Shown here one piece after another: positions 38,801 to 47,415 of a stretch of 64,000 nucleotides of DNA; the stretch's first letter is position 1; each line of letters opens with the position of its first letter. The DNA comes from an uncultured Erysipelotrichaceae bacterium (GTDB lineage Bacteria; Bacillota_I; Bacilli_A; RFN20; CAG-826). The translations under genes and the position numbers were made by a program. The notes beneath the pieces were generated by a model. The model did no database searches. It had not been told where the DNA came from and saw only the letters and a program-made list of their open reading frames with translations. The stretch lies in assembly GCA_946183085.1 (NCBI GenBank), contig CAMGZU010000002.1, forward strand, positions 2,339-66,338, read 5' to 3'.

Positions 38801-39517
38801 TTTGTTGGAAGCGTTGCCGAAAGAAACGACGCCGACGAGGTCGCCTTCCACGATGATCGGAATCATCAAAATGGAGTGCACGCCATTGGCGAGGATTGCC
38901 TTATAGAGGTGCTCGTCGAACGCCTTGAAGCCTTCCATGTCTTGGCTGAGCAAAGCATAACCATGACCGAAATACGCTTCGAAGCCACTCCACCAATAAT
39001 CTTGAATCACAACCTCTTTGCTATAGGCTTTGTCTTTCCCATTCAGCGGCAGGTGAATGAAGAAAGGATGATTCACGTGTGATTTGATTACGAGGAGCTG
39101 GGCGACCGGGGATTCGTAATAATTCCCGATCAAGCGAATCATGGAGGAAAGGACTTTTTGATAATTGGCAAAGCCCGTCTTGGGATCGATGTTGATGAAG
39201 TCGTTCTTCGTTAGGTTTTTAACCGCGAACGTCAGCTTCGTGGTGAGGTCTTGGTGCGCAGCCTCATTCACGCCGAGGTTGGTCCTCTTCAAACGTCTGG
39301 AATGCTCGATGACGACTTCTCTGCCTTCGAAGATCGCGCGCTCAGCGGTCAAATCCAAAACGGAAGTCGAGAAAAGGGGGCGGCCGCCGGAAAGCATCTC
39401 CACCATCGCGGGGTTGCGGTAGATGATGGCATTGGTTTCGACGTCATGAACGATGACGAAATCTTCGGATTTTTCGAAATCCGAAGTCGTGAAGACAGCC
39501 AATTCCTTCTTTTTCAT
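35828..39517 (-). CDS. multi-sensor c-di-GMP signalling protein (GAF/PAS, degenerate GGDEF, EAL, sensor region, C-terminal GGDEF)
   Basis: EAL domain ...GGEALVRW...DDFGSAYSS.... C-terminal ...LGGDEFCFVI... GGDEF. 1229 aa. Confidence 0.85.
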   Translation of the reverse strand: MKKKELAVFTTSDFEKSEDFVIVHDVETNAIIYRNPAMVEMLSGGRPLFSTSVLDLTAERAIFEGREVVIEHSRRLKRTNLGVNEAAHQDLTTKLTFAVKNLTKNDFINIDPKTGFANYQKVLSSMIRLIGNYYESPVAQLLVIKSHVNHPFFIHLPLNGKDKAYSKEVVIQDYWWSGFEAYFGHGYALLSQDMEGFKAFDEHLYKAILANGVHSILMIPIIVEGDLVGVVSFGNASNKHDDIFFIGRLLSEQIGTIINRAESFHDLYFDDLTGLPLGEYLEANFTATLHSFGKRPGTLIRLDFLKFRLYNSHYGIQAGDALLKTVAEEIRGLSSAVFIARASHSDVFYVLTPDLPATAQRYCDKLLKIIRGRYPGVNIDMAFGLYQISNHDEPFKIADARASFANKVAKTNPLSPICIYDDAMERREAYDLELTGAFNDAIKNNEFELWLQPKYDLEQETYIGGEALVRWRRNGKLIPPGDFIPLFEANGQCQMLDRFMLRKSCETIRRWLDKGIAVVPISVNYSRVDFLDDHLFAETLAIIDSFRVPHEFIEIEITESAFSDNEERMIRFLSDCKKHDIRVLMDDFGSAYSSFNSLKDLDVDVLKLDYKFLSKCNDWRKQHSIIETIVALARSLDTSFIVEGVETADEVYYFRQLGVRYIQGFYYSPPIPVSEFEKLNRRVKLTDPTGGSASSHLMEKLLDNRSTTNFVFYNAGVPMGIFQYGFGKLTPLLMNQRLKHSFATLFDTAEYGQINLLDYMRPASREKTIQCLAKYREPGVFGKKHPVDFHFGLKRRDVLVSSVYLSAKNNISYYLIQFESIVGDDSYRFLKEFSKTDLPASFDTMAEAVMFFSEDEKLIYSNPAARVFYPDAVEGALFEDILGTRARMHMLHRVQRFYDERVHMVMEFKTAQVSVDDDFAYYLEFTRPTSVGNRLLDTTEKGLDFYDRMLDALGWVALFYCDIDIGEDLYREILLDKRTSHTEITREGRFSADLLPSVLERIHPKDREELANFLSLKELSAASHAFNNRRILVRRAEDEKKWLEIDVSFAYHHGHHHALVFVRDGTEMQEKNCDPLTGALTRPVGFGICEKYIEDNKPFTFIIADVDEFKRINDTYGHPTGDKILVSLGKAAKDLPASCHAFTRLGGDEFCFVIDETRRGIDREAVNKFMVEIAARISKEAALGEDFEFSFGMARFPEDAVTFRDLYFAADMELYEDKKRPDKARNKRK

Positions 39518-39540
39518 AAATCCCCTGTGTGTTTTTTAGT

Positions 39541-41136
39541 TTAGTCTACTCCGCAAAGCTTGCGCAAGTCCGCGTAGGCGTAATAAGGCAAGGCGCGATC
39601 GTCCACGGAAGCACCCTTCAGCGAATGGACGACCAAATGCGGCCCTTTGTGTTTGAAGGAAACTTGGAGAACCAGATTCTTTTCTTTCTTGTCGGCAAGG
39701 AGGGCGTAAATCGGCCTTTCCTCACGATCCAACGTCAATGCGAGGATATCGTAATTTCCCGCATCAAAGGCATTTAAGGCAAGCACGTGTGGATCGTTTT
39801 CCTTGAGCACTTCCGGCACGAAGACGCAATTCTTAGAGATGCGGAGAGCACGAATCTCCTGTAGCTGCGCCAAAGCAGAAGCGAAGAAGGGCTTTACATG
39901 ATCGTTGTTCTTTTCGTGGATGACGGCACGCTCCCCTTGGAAAACACGTGGCTTCAATTTGAGGGCATCGAAAGCAACCCAGTTCTTTTCTTCAACGACG
40001 GGGGTCGCTTCTTCTTTCTTTGCGGGCTTGAAGCCAATCGGCTCCACGATGATCGATTGGCTCTGCTCTTCCTTGTGGTCGAGGTTTTTGGGTTTGCCAC
40101 CGCGCCTCGCAGAAAAAGCGGGACGCTCGATTGACGTGCCTTTGGGAGCGGGTTGCGATGCCTCTTCTGGTTTCTCGACTGGTTTTGCGATTGGTTTAAC
40201 GGGTTTCCTCTCGTCAAGATTGCGGGGCTTGCCTTGCTTTTGGACGGGTGAGAATCCTGGGGCGATCGGCGTGATTTCAACCGGTTTCTCTTCAGGCTCG
40301 GACGTCAGAGCGGCCTTAATGGGTTTCGGCCGGTCGGGCCTCGCGTTTAGATTGCGGGGCTTCTTGTTGTTCGAGGCCGTGAAAGCGGGGCGCTCCACTT
40401 CGATGTGGACGTCACGTTCCTCCTCTTCTTTGTTCTCGCGGCGTCTTTTTTCTTGGTCAGAGGAGCCAAGGTTGCGGATTTTGGATTTGGAATTCGCTTC
40501 GAAGGCAGGACGCTCGACCTCGATCTCGACATCTTCGTCTTCGTCGACGTCGGCGATGGCGTTATAAGAGCCGCCGAGGTTCACGATTTTCTTTTTGCTG
40601 ACCGGGGCGAAAGAAGGTTTTGAAATCTCGATGACGGGAGCTTCTTCGTCGTCTTCGTCCAAATCGTCGAAGTCCGCGTCGCTGACTTGGACCCGATATT
40701 GTTCCTCTTGAATGCCGATCGAAGTCAAAAAGAGCGAGCCGTCTTGGAAAACGTCGTCAGGGAATTCCTGAATCTCAAAGCCACGGTAGAAACGGGCGAT
40801 GACCGTGCCGCTCGTCAAATCGAGAAGATAGCCTTCGTCATGATGGGTCAAGTGGACCAAAAGCGCTTTGCGGGGCGTGCCATATTCGCTGACGGTGATC
40901 GCGGCGAGGATCCACTCCTTCGCCTCAAAATGGTCTTCACGCTCCTCTTGAACGGCGTCGAGTTCGTAATTCTCGGGGTAGGTGACACTTTCCGGGGTCA
41001 ACGCCAAAACGCGGATGCCCTGAAGCATGGTTCTGGCTTGGGAAAAATAGGGGGCGCCAAAAGAGGAGCCGTCATTGGCAATCGTATCTTCGCCGGTAAG
41101 TGGTTGAAAACGAAAAACGCCTAAATTCGTGGCCAT
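39541..41136 (-). CDS. hypothetical protein (531 aa) with five to six internal ERPAF-x-RNL repeats
   Basis: Central region holds spaced repeats: SKPSFAPVSKKKIVNLG, ERPAFEANSKSKIRNLG, ERPAFTASNNKKPRNLN, IAPGFSPVQKQGKPRNLD, ERPAFSARRGGKPKNLD. Confidence 0.6.
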   Translation of the reverse strand: MATNLGVFRFQPLTGEDTIANDGSSFGAPYFSQARTMLQGIRVLALTPESVTYPENYELDAVQEEREDHFEAKEWILAAITVSEYGTPRKALLVHLTHHDEGYLLDLTSGTVIARFYRGFEIQEFPDDVFQDGSLFLTSIGIQEEQYRVQVSDADFDDLDEDDEEAPVIEISKPSFAPVSKKKIVNLGGSYNAIADVDEDEDVEIEVERPAFEANSKSKIRNLGSSDQEKRRRENKEEEERDVHIEVERPAFTASNNKKPRNLNARPDRPKPIKAALTSEPEEKPVEITPIAPGFSPVQKQGKPRNLDERKPVKPIAKPVEKPEEASQPAPKGTSIERPAFSARRGGKPKNLDHKEEQSQSIIVEPIGFKPAKKEEATPVVEEKNWVAFDALKLKPRVFQGERAVIHEKNNDHVKPFFASALAQLQEIRALRISKNCVFVPEVLKENDPHVLALNAFDAGNYDILALTLDREERPIYALLADKKEKNLVLQVSFKHKGPHLVVHSLKGASVDDRALPYYAYADLRKLCGVD

Positions 41137-41223
41137 GAGGAATCCTCCGGGTTGGACACCATCATTCTAACCCATTTCGTCGAACAAAGACACAAAGGGA
41201 AGGCCGCTTGCTAAAATATCTAC

Positions 41224-41790
41224 ATGCATCGCATCACCTATTGCACTTCTCCAAACGATATCAATTACACTTTAAAGCTTTTCCGCCGCACCCAAGCGGC
41301 GATGAGCGAAGGTGGCGATGATTATTTCGACGCCTATCCGGACGAAGCGTATTTCCGCAAAGCCCAAGAGGACCGCCATCTCATCATCGTGAAGGAAGGC
41401 GCACGCGCTTTGGCTCTTGCGGTGATCAGCCACGATGTCGGTTTATCCTATTACCCGGAAACGCGTAGCGAGAAAAGAGTCGCCCGAATCCTTGACGCCG
41501 TCGGTGTGACCGGGGAGGCGGTTCTCGTCATCGACGCCTTCTTGGTCGACCCCGCCTTCTGGGGCCAAAAGATTGGCGACGAGCTTTTGACCTTCGTCGA
41601 ACGAACCTATCCGCACAGCACCTATCTCATCGCAATCCCCGTTGAAAACGAGCACGCCCTGCGTTTCTTTTACCGCCATGGCTATCTCAACAATGGCGAG
41701 TTAAACAAAATGGAACGCATCGGCTCCCGCAAATGCTATCTGATGGTCAATAAGCTCGGCCGCAAAGGATTGGCCAGTTGGTCTCATTAA
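41224..41790 (+). CDS. GNAT-like acetyltransferase
   Basis: ...VDPAFWGQKIGDELL... matches the acetyl-CoA binding motif. Confidence 0.55.
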   Translation: MHRITYCTSPNDINYTLKLFRRTQAAMSEGGDDYFDAYPDEAYFRKAQEDRHLIIVKEGARALALAVISHDVGLSYYPETRSEKRVARILDAVGVTGEAVLVIDAFLVDPAFWGQKIGDELLTFVERTYPHSTYLIAIPVENEHALRFFYRHGYLNNGELNKMERIGSRKCYLMVNKLGRKGLASWSH

Positions 41791-43523
41791 GCGAGTTGCG
41801 AATCGTAAAGTTCTTTGAAGAAACCTTTTTTCGCCATGAGCTGCTCGAAATTGCCCTGCTCGATGATCTTCCCATCTTTGAGGACGAGGATATGGTCTGC
41901 GTTGCGGATGGTCGAAAGGCGATGAGCGACGACCAAAGAGGTTTTGCCTTCCATGAGTTCGTCGAAGGACTTCGAAAGCAATAGCTCGGTACGCAAGTCG
42001 ATGTTGGACGTCGCTTCGTCCAAGACGACGACTTCCGGCTGCATCAGCATGACTCTCGCCAAACAAAGCAATTGCTTTTGCCCAGTCGATAACCCCGAAG
42101 CGTTCGAAACCACAGTTTGATAGCCGCCCGGCATCTGGCGGATGAAGGAGTCTGCGTGGGCTTTCTTCGCGGCCTCCACCACCTCTTTGTGGCTCGCGTC
42201 GAGTTTGCCATAGGCGATGTTCTCTTCAATCGTGCCATGGAAGAGCCACGTGTCTTGCAAAACCATGCCGATGTGCGAACGCAGATCCGCTTTGGGATAG
42301 GAAGAAGTCGGGAGTTCATTCACCAAGAAGGAACCCTTCTGGGGATCGTAGAAGCGAAGCATCAGATTGATGATGGTCGTTTTGCCGCATCCCGTCGGGC
42401 CGACGAAAGCGATCTTGTGTCCGCGGTAGATATCGACGTCGAAATCATCGATGATGGTACGCTTCCCATCGTAGGAGAAGGTGATGTGATCCACCTTCAA
42501 GCGAGCGACTCCGCCTTCGATCTTTTCTTTGCCTTCGTCGATGTCGCGTGGATGGAGAATCACGCCGTCGATGCGTTTGAAGGAAGCAACGGCATAGGAG
42601 ACTTCGCTGGCGACGCTCGAGATTTCATTGAACGGCGCCATGTATTGATAGGCGTAAGAAAGCATCGAGGAAAGCGCGCCGACGCCAAAGGCGCCTAAGC
42701 CAAGCTGAGGCTGTTTGAAGACGATTAGGATGCCGCCGACGAAAGCCAGAACGGCGTAGATGATGTTGTTGACCAAGCGGGTGGCGGGATTGATCCAGCT
42801 GACCGCGAAGTTGGCTTTAAAAGCGGACTGACGCAACGAATCGTTGATCTTATCGAACTCGGCGCTCTTCTCCTCTTCCAAACCATAGGCACGTGACGCC
42901 TCTAAATTCTGGAGAGACTCCAAAGAATAGGCCGTAAGCGTGCCCATCTTGGCATTCTGCTCTTTGTAGTATTTCGAGTTCTGGCGCGAAATGAAGCGGG
43001 AGACCACGATGGAAAGAGGCGTCAACAAGATGGTCGCGATGGCCATGATCCAGTTGAGGATGAACATGAAGACCAAAGTGAAGAGGATCTGCACGACTCC
43101 TTCAAAGAGCGCCCCCGCGCCAGCGATCAATCCGCTTTGGACGTTTTCGATGTCATTGACCAAACGAAGGAGCAAATCGCCATGGTAATGCGTGTCGATA
43201 TAAGAGAGCGAAGCCTCGTTGATGGCGACGTAAACCTCGTCACGCATCTTCTTGACGATGCGTTGGCCAAGATAATTGGTCAATAAATCATAGAGGTAAC
43301 GGAAAAGGCTTCCCGCGACCAAGCAGCTGGCGATGAGGATCAAGTAAAGCGAGATGTCGATGACGCCAGAAGCGCCGGCGTCGACCACTTTTTGGATGGC
43401 AAGGCCCGTCAAGAAAGGGATCGCCATCTTGCAGAAGACGCTTAAGAAGGCGAAAAGGAAGGAAAGCACCGCCAAGAAGGCGCTTCCTTCAAGATAATGG
43501 AACACGCGCTGGATCGTCTTCAT
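41787..43523 (-). CDS. ABC transporter permease/ATP-binding protein (heterodimeric multidrug-exporter type)
   Basis: 6-TM domain then NBD with GPTGCGKTT, LSTGQKQLLCLARV, VVLDEATS. Confidence 0.9.
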   Translation of the reverse strand: MKTIQRVFHYLEGSAFLAVLSFLFAFLSVFCKMAIPFLTGLAIQKVVDAGASGVIDISLYLILIASCLVAGSLFRYLYDLLTNYLGQRIVKKMRDEVYVAINEASLSYIDTHYHGDLLLRLVNDIENVQSGLIAGAGALFEGVVQILFTLVFMFILNWIMAIATILLTPLSIVVSRFISRQNSKYYKEQNAKMGTLTAYSLESLQNLEASRAYGLEEEKSAEFDKINDSLRQSAFKANFAVSWINPATRLVNNIIYAVLAFVGGILIVFKQPQLGLGAFGVGALSSMLSYAYQYMAPFNEISSVASEVSYAVASFKRIDGVILHPRDIDEGKEKIEGGVARLKVDHITFSYDGKRTIIDDFDVDIYRGHKIAFVGPTGCGKTTIINLMLRFYDPQKGSFLVNELPTSSYPKADLRSHIGMVLQDTWLFHGTIEENIAYGKLDASHKEVVEAAKKAHADSFIRQMPGGYQTVVSNASGLSTGQKQLLCLARVMLMQPEVVVLDEATSNIDLRTELLLSKSFDELMEGKTSLVVAHRLSTIRNADHILVLKDGKIIEQGNFEQLMAKKGFFKELYDSQLA

Positions 43524-45238
43524 TTTACAGCCACCTGCGTTTCATAAATCTCGCGATAAATCGCGCACTCCTTCAGGAGTTCTTCGTGTTTGCCGATCGC
43601 CACCACTTTGCCTTGGTCCAAGACATAGATGCGGTCGCAGTTTTTGATGGAGGTCGCCCTTTGCGAGACCATGAGCAGCGTGAGATTGCGCCTTGCGATG
43701 TTCTCGCGGACGGCGAGGTCGCTCTTATAGTCCAAGGCGCTCGTCGCATCATCAAGAATCAAAATGGGCCGGTTGCTCAAAAGAGCGCGGCACAAAAGGA
43801 GCCTTTGTTTTTGACCGCCCGAGAAGTTCGTGCCGCCTTCTTCGACTTCATGATCGATGCCCTCTTCATAGCGGCTCACGAATTCATAGGCGAGCGAATC
43901 CTTTAAGGCGGCTTCGATTTCTTCTTCCGAGGCATCTGGGTTCGCCAAGAGGATGTTGGATCGAATGGTGCCTTTGTAAAGCTGCGGCTTTTGGGAGACG
44001 AGCGCGATTTTCTTGCGGTAAGCCCCTAAGTCATAGTCTTGAATCGGTTTTCCACAGAAAAGAACCTCGCCTTCGCTGGCGTCGTAGAAGCGTTCCAAAA
44101 GGGCGATTAATGACGATTTTCCGCTACCCGTACCGCCAATAACACCTATACGCTCCCCTTCTTTTAAGGAGAAGTCGATGTGTTGAAGGGCCGCGTCTTC
44201 GCCGCCATACGTCAAGGAGGCGTTCTTCAGTTCGAAGATGGTCTCCCCCTTCTTGATTGCGGCTTCTTGGATGTCGCCTGACATGATGCTTGGCGTCAAG
44301 GACAAGAAGGAATCGACCCTCTTTTTCGAGGCGTAGGCTTTTGAGAGCGAAGTCACGAGCCGGGAGAACATGATGAGGGCGGTCAAAGCTTGCGTGAAAT
44401 AGTTAACGACCGCGACGGCGGTGCCCGCGCCCATATCACGGTTGCCTGTAAGGAAGAGGACCAGGATTACGCCCAAGTTGATGAGGGCGAAGGTCAAGGG
44501 ATTCAGCCAGGCATTCACCTTGGCCAAAGCCATCGTCTTCTTCTGATAGGCGGAAGAAGCTTCTTTGAACTTTTTGATTTCGTAGTCTTGCTTGTTGAAG
44601 GCACGGATGGGGCGCGCGCCAGATAAGGCGTCCTCCCCTAACGTCGAAATGTGATCTAATTCGGCTTGGATGGCGGCATAGCGCTTTGGCGTAAGCGCCA
44701 TCACGAGGAAAACGACGAAGCTCGAGGCGAGCAAAACGCCCAAGACGATTGCGCCCGCCAAAGGCGAAAGCAAAAAGGAGGCCACCACCGAACCGATTAA
44801 GAGGAAGGGGCTCCTGGCCAGTAGACGCATGAACATATTCACGCCCGTTTGCAGGGAGAAGGAATCGTTATTGACGAGCGTGATGACTTTGCTGCGCCCA
44901 AAACGATCGATTTGCTCATCGGAAAGCTCATTGATCTGACGATAGAGCTCTTTCTTGAGGTCATAGGCATAATCCGCCGAGACGCGAGCAGCGAGGTATT
45001 GGGTGACCATCGTCACGCCAAAGCCGGCAAAGGCCAACGCGAGCATGATGAGGCAGGGCCGAAGGATCTCCATCCAGTCGTAGGAAGAAGAATCGGTCGC
45101 GGAAAGGTAATCGATGACCTGCTTGACGAGAATCGGGACGAAAAGCTCGCAAACGCACTCGAAAATCTTGAAAAGCGGCGCCAAGACGACCTTGACGGAG
45201 TATTTCTTTAAAGGTCCCAAAGCGCGCGTTTGCTTCAT
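43520..45238 (-). CDS. ABC transporter permease/ATP-binding protein (partner subunit)
   Basis: NBD with GGTGSGKSS, FSGGQKQRLLLCRAL, LILDDATS. 4-bp overlap with the partner gene. Confidence 0.9.
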   Translation of the reverse strand: MKQTRALGPLKKYSVKVVLAPLFKIFECVCELFVPILVKQVIDYLSATDSSSYDWMEILRPCLIMLALAFAGFGVTMVTQYLAARVSADYAYDLKKELYRQINELSDEQIDRFGRSKVITLVNNDSFSLQTGVNMFMRLLARSPFLLIGSVVASFLLSPLAGAIVLGVLLASSFVVFLVMALTPKRYAAIQAELDHISTLGEDALSGARPIRAFNKQDYEIKKFKEASSAYQKKTMALAKVNAWLNPLTFALINLGVILVLFLTGNRDMGAGTAVAVVNYFTQALTALIMFSRLVTSLSKAYASKKRVDSFLSLTPSIMSGDIQEAAIKKGETIFELKNASLTYGGEDAALQHIDFSLKEGERIGVIGGTGSGKSSLIALLERFYDASEGEVLFCGKPIQDYDLGAYRKKIALVSQKPQLYKGTIRSNILLANPDASEEEIEAALKDSLAYEFVSRYEEGIDHEVEEGGTNFSGGQKQRLLLCRALLSNRPILILDDATSALDYKSDLAVRENIARRNLTLLMVSQRATSIKNCDRIYVLDQGKVVAIGKHEELLKECAIYREIYETQVAVK

Positions 45239-45241
45239 ATC

Positions 45242-46684
45242 CTATTTCTTATCGGTGACCTCGACGTTGCTCGGATCTCGCGCAAAGTAAATCTCAAAGA
45301 CGGTGACGTCGTCGCCATCGTCGTTGGTGTAGAAGAATTTGAAGCCGGAATCGTAATCGCCGGAGATGTTCGTGAATTTGTTCTCGCTGGAGATCTTATA
45401 GGAGGCAACGTCTTTCAAATGCCAGGTGATGGGGCCCGTGATGAAGGCCGCGGAGAGGTTGCCAATGTCGGTGATGAGGCAAGGAGAAGGGCAGACCATG
45501 TCGAAGCTCAGCTCATTGCCATCGGGGTCAAAGGAGACGTTTTCGATGGTCCTCTCTTCCAGCGATTCGCCCATCTCGGCGACGGAATCCTCAAAGGTGT
45601 CCGCGTCATAGACGATTTCGTTGTGGCTGAGATTGTGGGAGAGGGCGATGGCGGTGATTCGCTTCGCCAAATCCTCTGCCATCTTCGATTCGTGGTCTTG
45701 GCCAAGGAAATTCTGGCGGATCCTCATCGCAAGGTCGGCGTGGAGGAAGAAGCGAAGGGCCCACTCCTCGTCTTGTTTGACGCCCAAACCTTTTTGATAG
45801 CAAAGGCCGAGGCGATAAGCCACTTCGGGGAATTCGAACCAGCCGTTGCGCTCAATGGCAAAACGGCGCGAAAGGGTATCGTAAGCATTTTCGAGGATCC
45901 TCACCGCGATGTTGGGGTCCGACTTCACGAAATAGCCATGGAGATAGCAATCCGCAATATAGTAGGAGGCTTCCATGGAGCCAAGGGCGCTGGCTTTTGC
46001 GAAGTATTCAAATGCCAAAGAAGTGTCGGAAGGGTCGTCCATCTTCTCCAAACGGATGGCGCCGGCTGCGCACAAAGCGTGAGGGTGCGCCGACAAAGCG
46101 GGCATCTCAAAATGAGAAAGGGCAAGATTGAGGTCTTGGCCGACGAAATCGCCGCCAAGGCGGTAAAACTCGCCCAGGGCAAGCGAAGCGTTCGCGTCGC
46201 CTTCTTGCTCAAGAATCGAAAGATAATGGAGGAAGAGGGCTTCGGATTTCGCTTTATGGGCGATCTTGCCGTCGATATATCGGATGCAATAGGTCCTGGC
46301 CGCCTCGGGGTTGTCCTTCATATACGTCTCGCCATAGAAAGCAAGATTCATCTCTTTCATGAGGGGCTTGTCGATTTCAATGCCGCTGGCATCGCCGATG
46401 ACGGCGTCCATGCCACATTCGGGGCATAAAGCGGTCACGCCATGCTCGCCATCCATCCAATCCTGGACGTCGCGTGCATCGAAAACATGGCGGCAGAAAA
46501 AGCAGCCGCATTGGTTCGACTGCACGATTTCGATCTCGTTGTCGATCGCGTGTTCGCGGTATTGGTTGAGAAGCGCCAGCCTCGCCTTGGAGGATTTGCG
46601 GACCACTTTTTTCTTCGTGACCGGGGACTTCTTGCTTTCTTTGTTTAACGTCTCGTCTTTTTCCATGTGGGCGTATTGTATCAC
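45242..46684 (-). CDS. Sel1/TPR-like repeat protein with N-terminal zinc-ribbon-like Cys cluster
   Basis: ...CGCFFCRHVF...CPECG... Cys cluster. Several Sel1-like repeats. Confidence 0.65.
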   Translation of the reverse strand: MIQYAHMEKDETLNKESKKSPVTKKKVVRKSSKARLALLNQYREHAIDNEIEIVQSNQCGCFFCRHVFDARDVQDWMDGEHGVTALCPECGMDAVIGDASGIEIDKPLMKEMNLAFYGETYMKDNPEAARTYCIRYIDGKIAHKAKSEALFLHYLSILEQEGDANASLALGEFYRLGGDFVGQDLNLALSHFEMPALSAHPHALCAAGAIRLEKMDDPSDTSLAFEYFAKASALGSMEASYYIADCYLHGYFVKSDPNIAVRILENAYDTLSRRFAIERNGWFEFPEVAYRLGLCYQKGLGVKQDEEWALRFFLHADLAMRIRQNFLGQDHESKMAEDLAKRITAIALSHNLSHNEIVYDADTFEDSVAEMGESLEERTIENVSFDPDGNELSFDMVCPSPCLITDIGNLSAAFITGPITWHLKDVASYKISSENKFTNISGDYDSGFKFFYTNDDGDDVTVFEIYFARDPSNVEVTDKK

Positions 46685-47361
46685 GCGGCGAGCGCGAGCG
46701 TGAAAGCCATACTCGCCAGAACGATCATCGCCACGTCAAAGAAGAGGCTCAAATAGTTGGTGCTTGGCCAACGCTTCGCGGTGAAGTGCGGCAAGAAATA
46801 GGCGATGGTCGCGACGATCATCGGGACAAAGACGTAGGCAAAATAGCCGCTCGTCCAGCCCGAAACCGAATACACGGTCACAAGGCTTGCGGTGATCGCC
46901 AAGACAAAAAGAAGGAAGAAAGCGACCGTGCGGATCTTCGTGATGCGGTTCCTTTCGCCCCAAATGCCGAGGCCATTGTTCTTAAAGAAACAGGGCACGA
47001 TGATCGTGAAGGCGATCGGCAGGGAGATCCAGAAAAAGAAGAAGTTGTCCTTCAAATAGAAGTAATGATCGAAATAAAGAGCCGCCGCCCAAAACAGCGC
47101 GAAGGCGATGGAGGCACCGCCGCGCAGCACGGCGAGGAGGTTGGAAGGCTCAGGGATGTCTTTCCAAAAGATCTTGGTGAAACCCGCCGCCTTTTTGAAG
47201 CCATCGGCGATGAACAAAACAAGGAGCAACGCGCCCAAGGCAAATCCGCCTGGCCCTTTCGCCACGAAGAAAGAGGCGATGGCAAGGCCAAGAAGAGTGA
47301 GAAGATAGAGCACCGACCACACGAAGTAGATGATGTTTTTGGCGTTCAGGGATTTTTTCAT
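46681..47361 (-). CDS. hypothetical polytopic membrane protein (226 aa)
   Basis: Six or seven hydrophobic helices. 4-bp overlap with the downstream Sel1 gene. Confidence 0.55.
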   Translation of the reverse strand: MKKSLNAKNIIYFVWSVLYLLTLLGLAIASFFVAKGPGGFALGALLLVLFIADGFKKAAGFTKIFWKDIPEPSNLLAVLRGGASIAFALFWAAALYFDHYFYLKDNFFFFWISLPIAFTIIVPCFFKNNGLGIWGERNRITKIRTVAFFLLFVLAITASLVTVYSVSGWTSGYFAYVFVPMIVATIAYFLPHFTAKRWPSTNYLSLFFDVAMIVLASMAFTLALAA

Positions 47362-47415
47362 CGCCTAATACTAACGCATTTCGCAAAACAGCGGGAATGG
47401 GGTATACTTCATTTT

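Noticed and set aside
36164-39082. Several 300-350-aa plus-strand ORFs (36164-37141, 37148-37927, 38042-39082)
   Set aside because: All lie antisense within the 1229-aa GGDEF/EAL gene. Low-complexity D/E/G/V-rich translations.
46786-47415. N-terminal 210 codons of table ORF 46786-48375
   Set aside because: This part is antisense to the 226-aa membrane protein gene and encodes an Arg/Asp-rich low-complexity sequence. The PAP2 gene plausibly starts at ATG 47416 (MKQKIFGV...).
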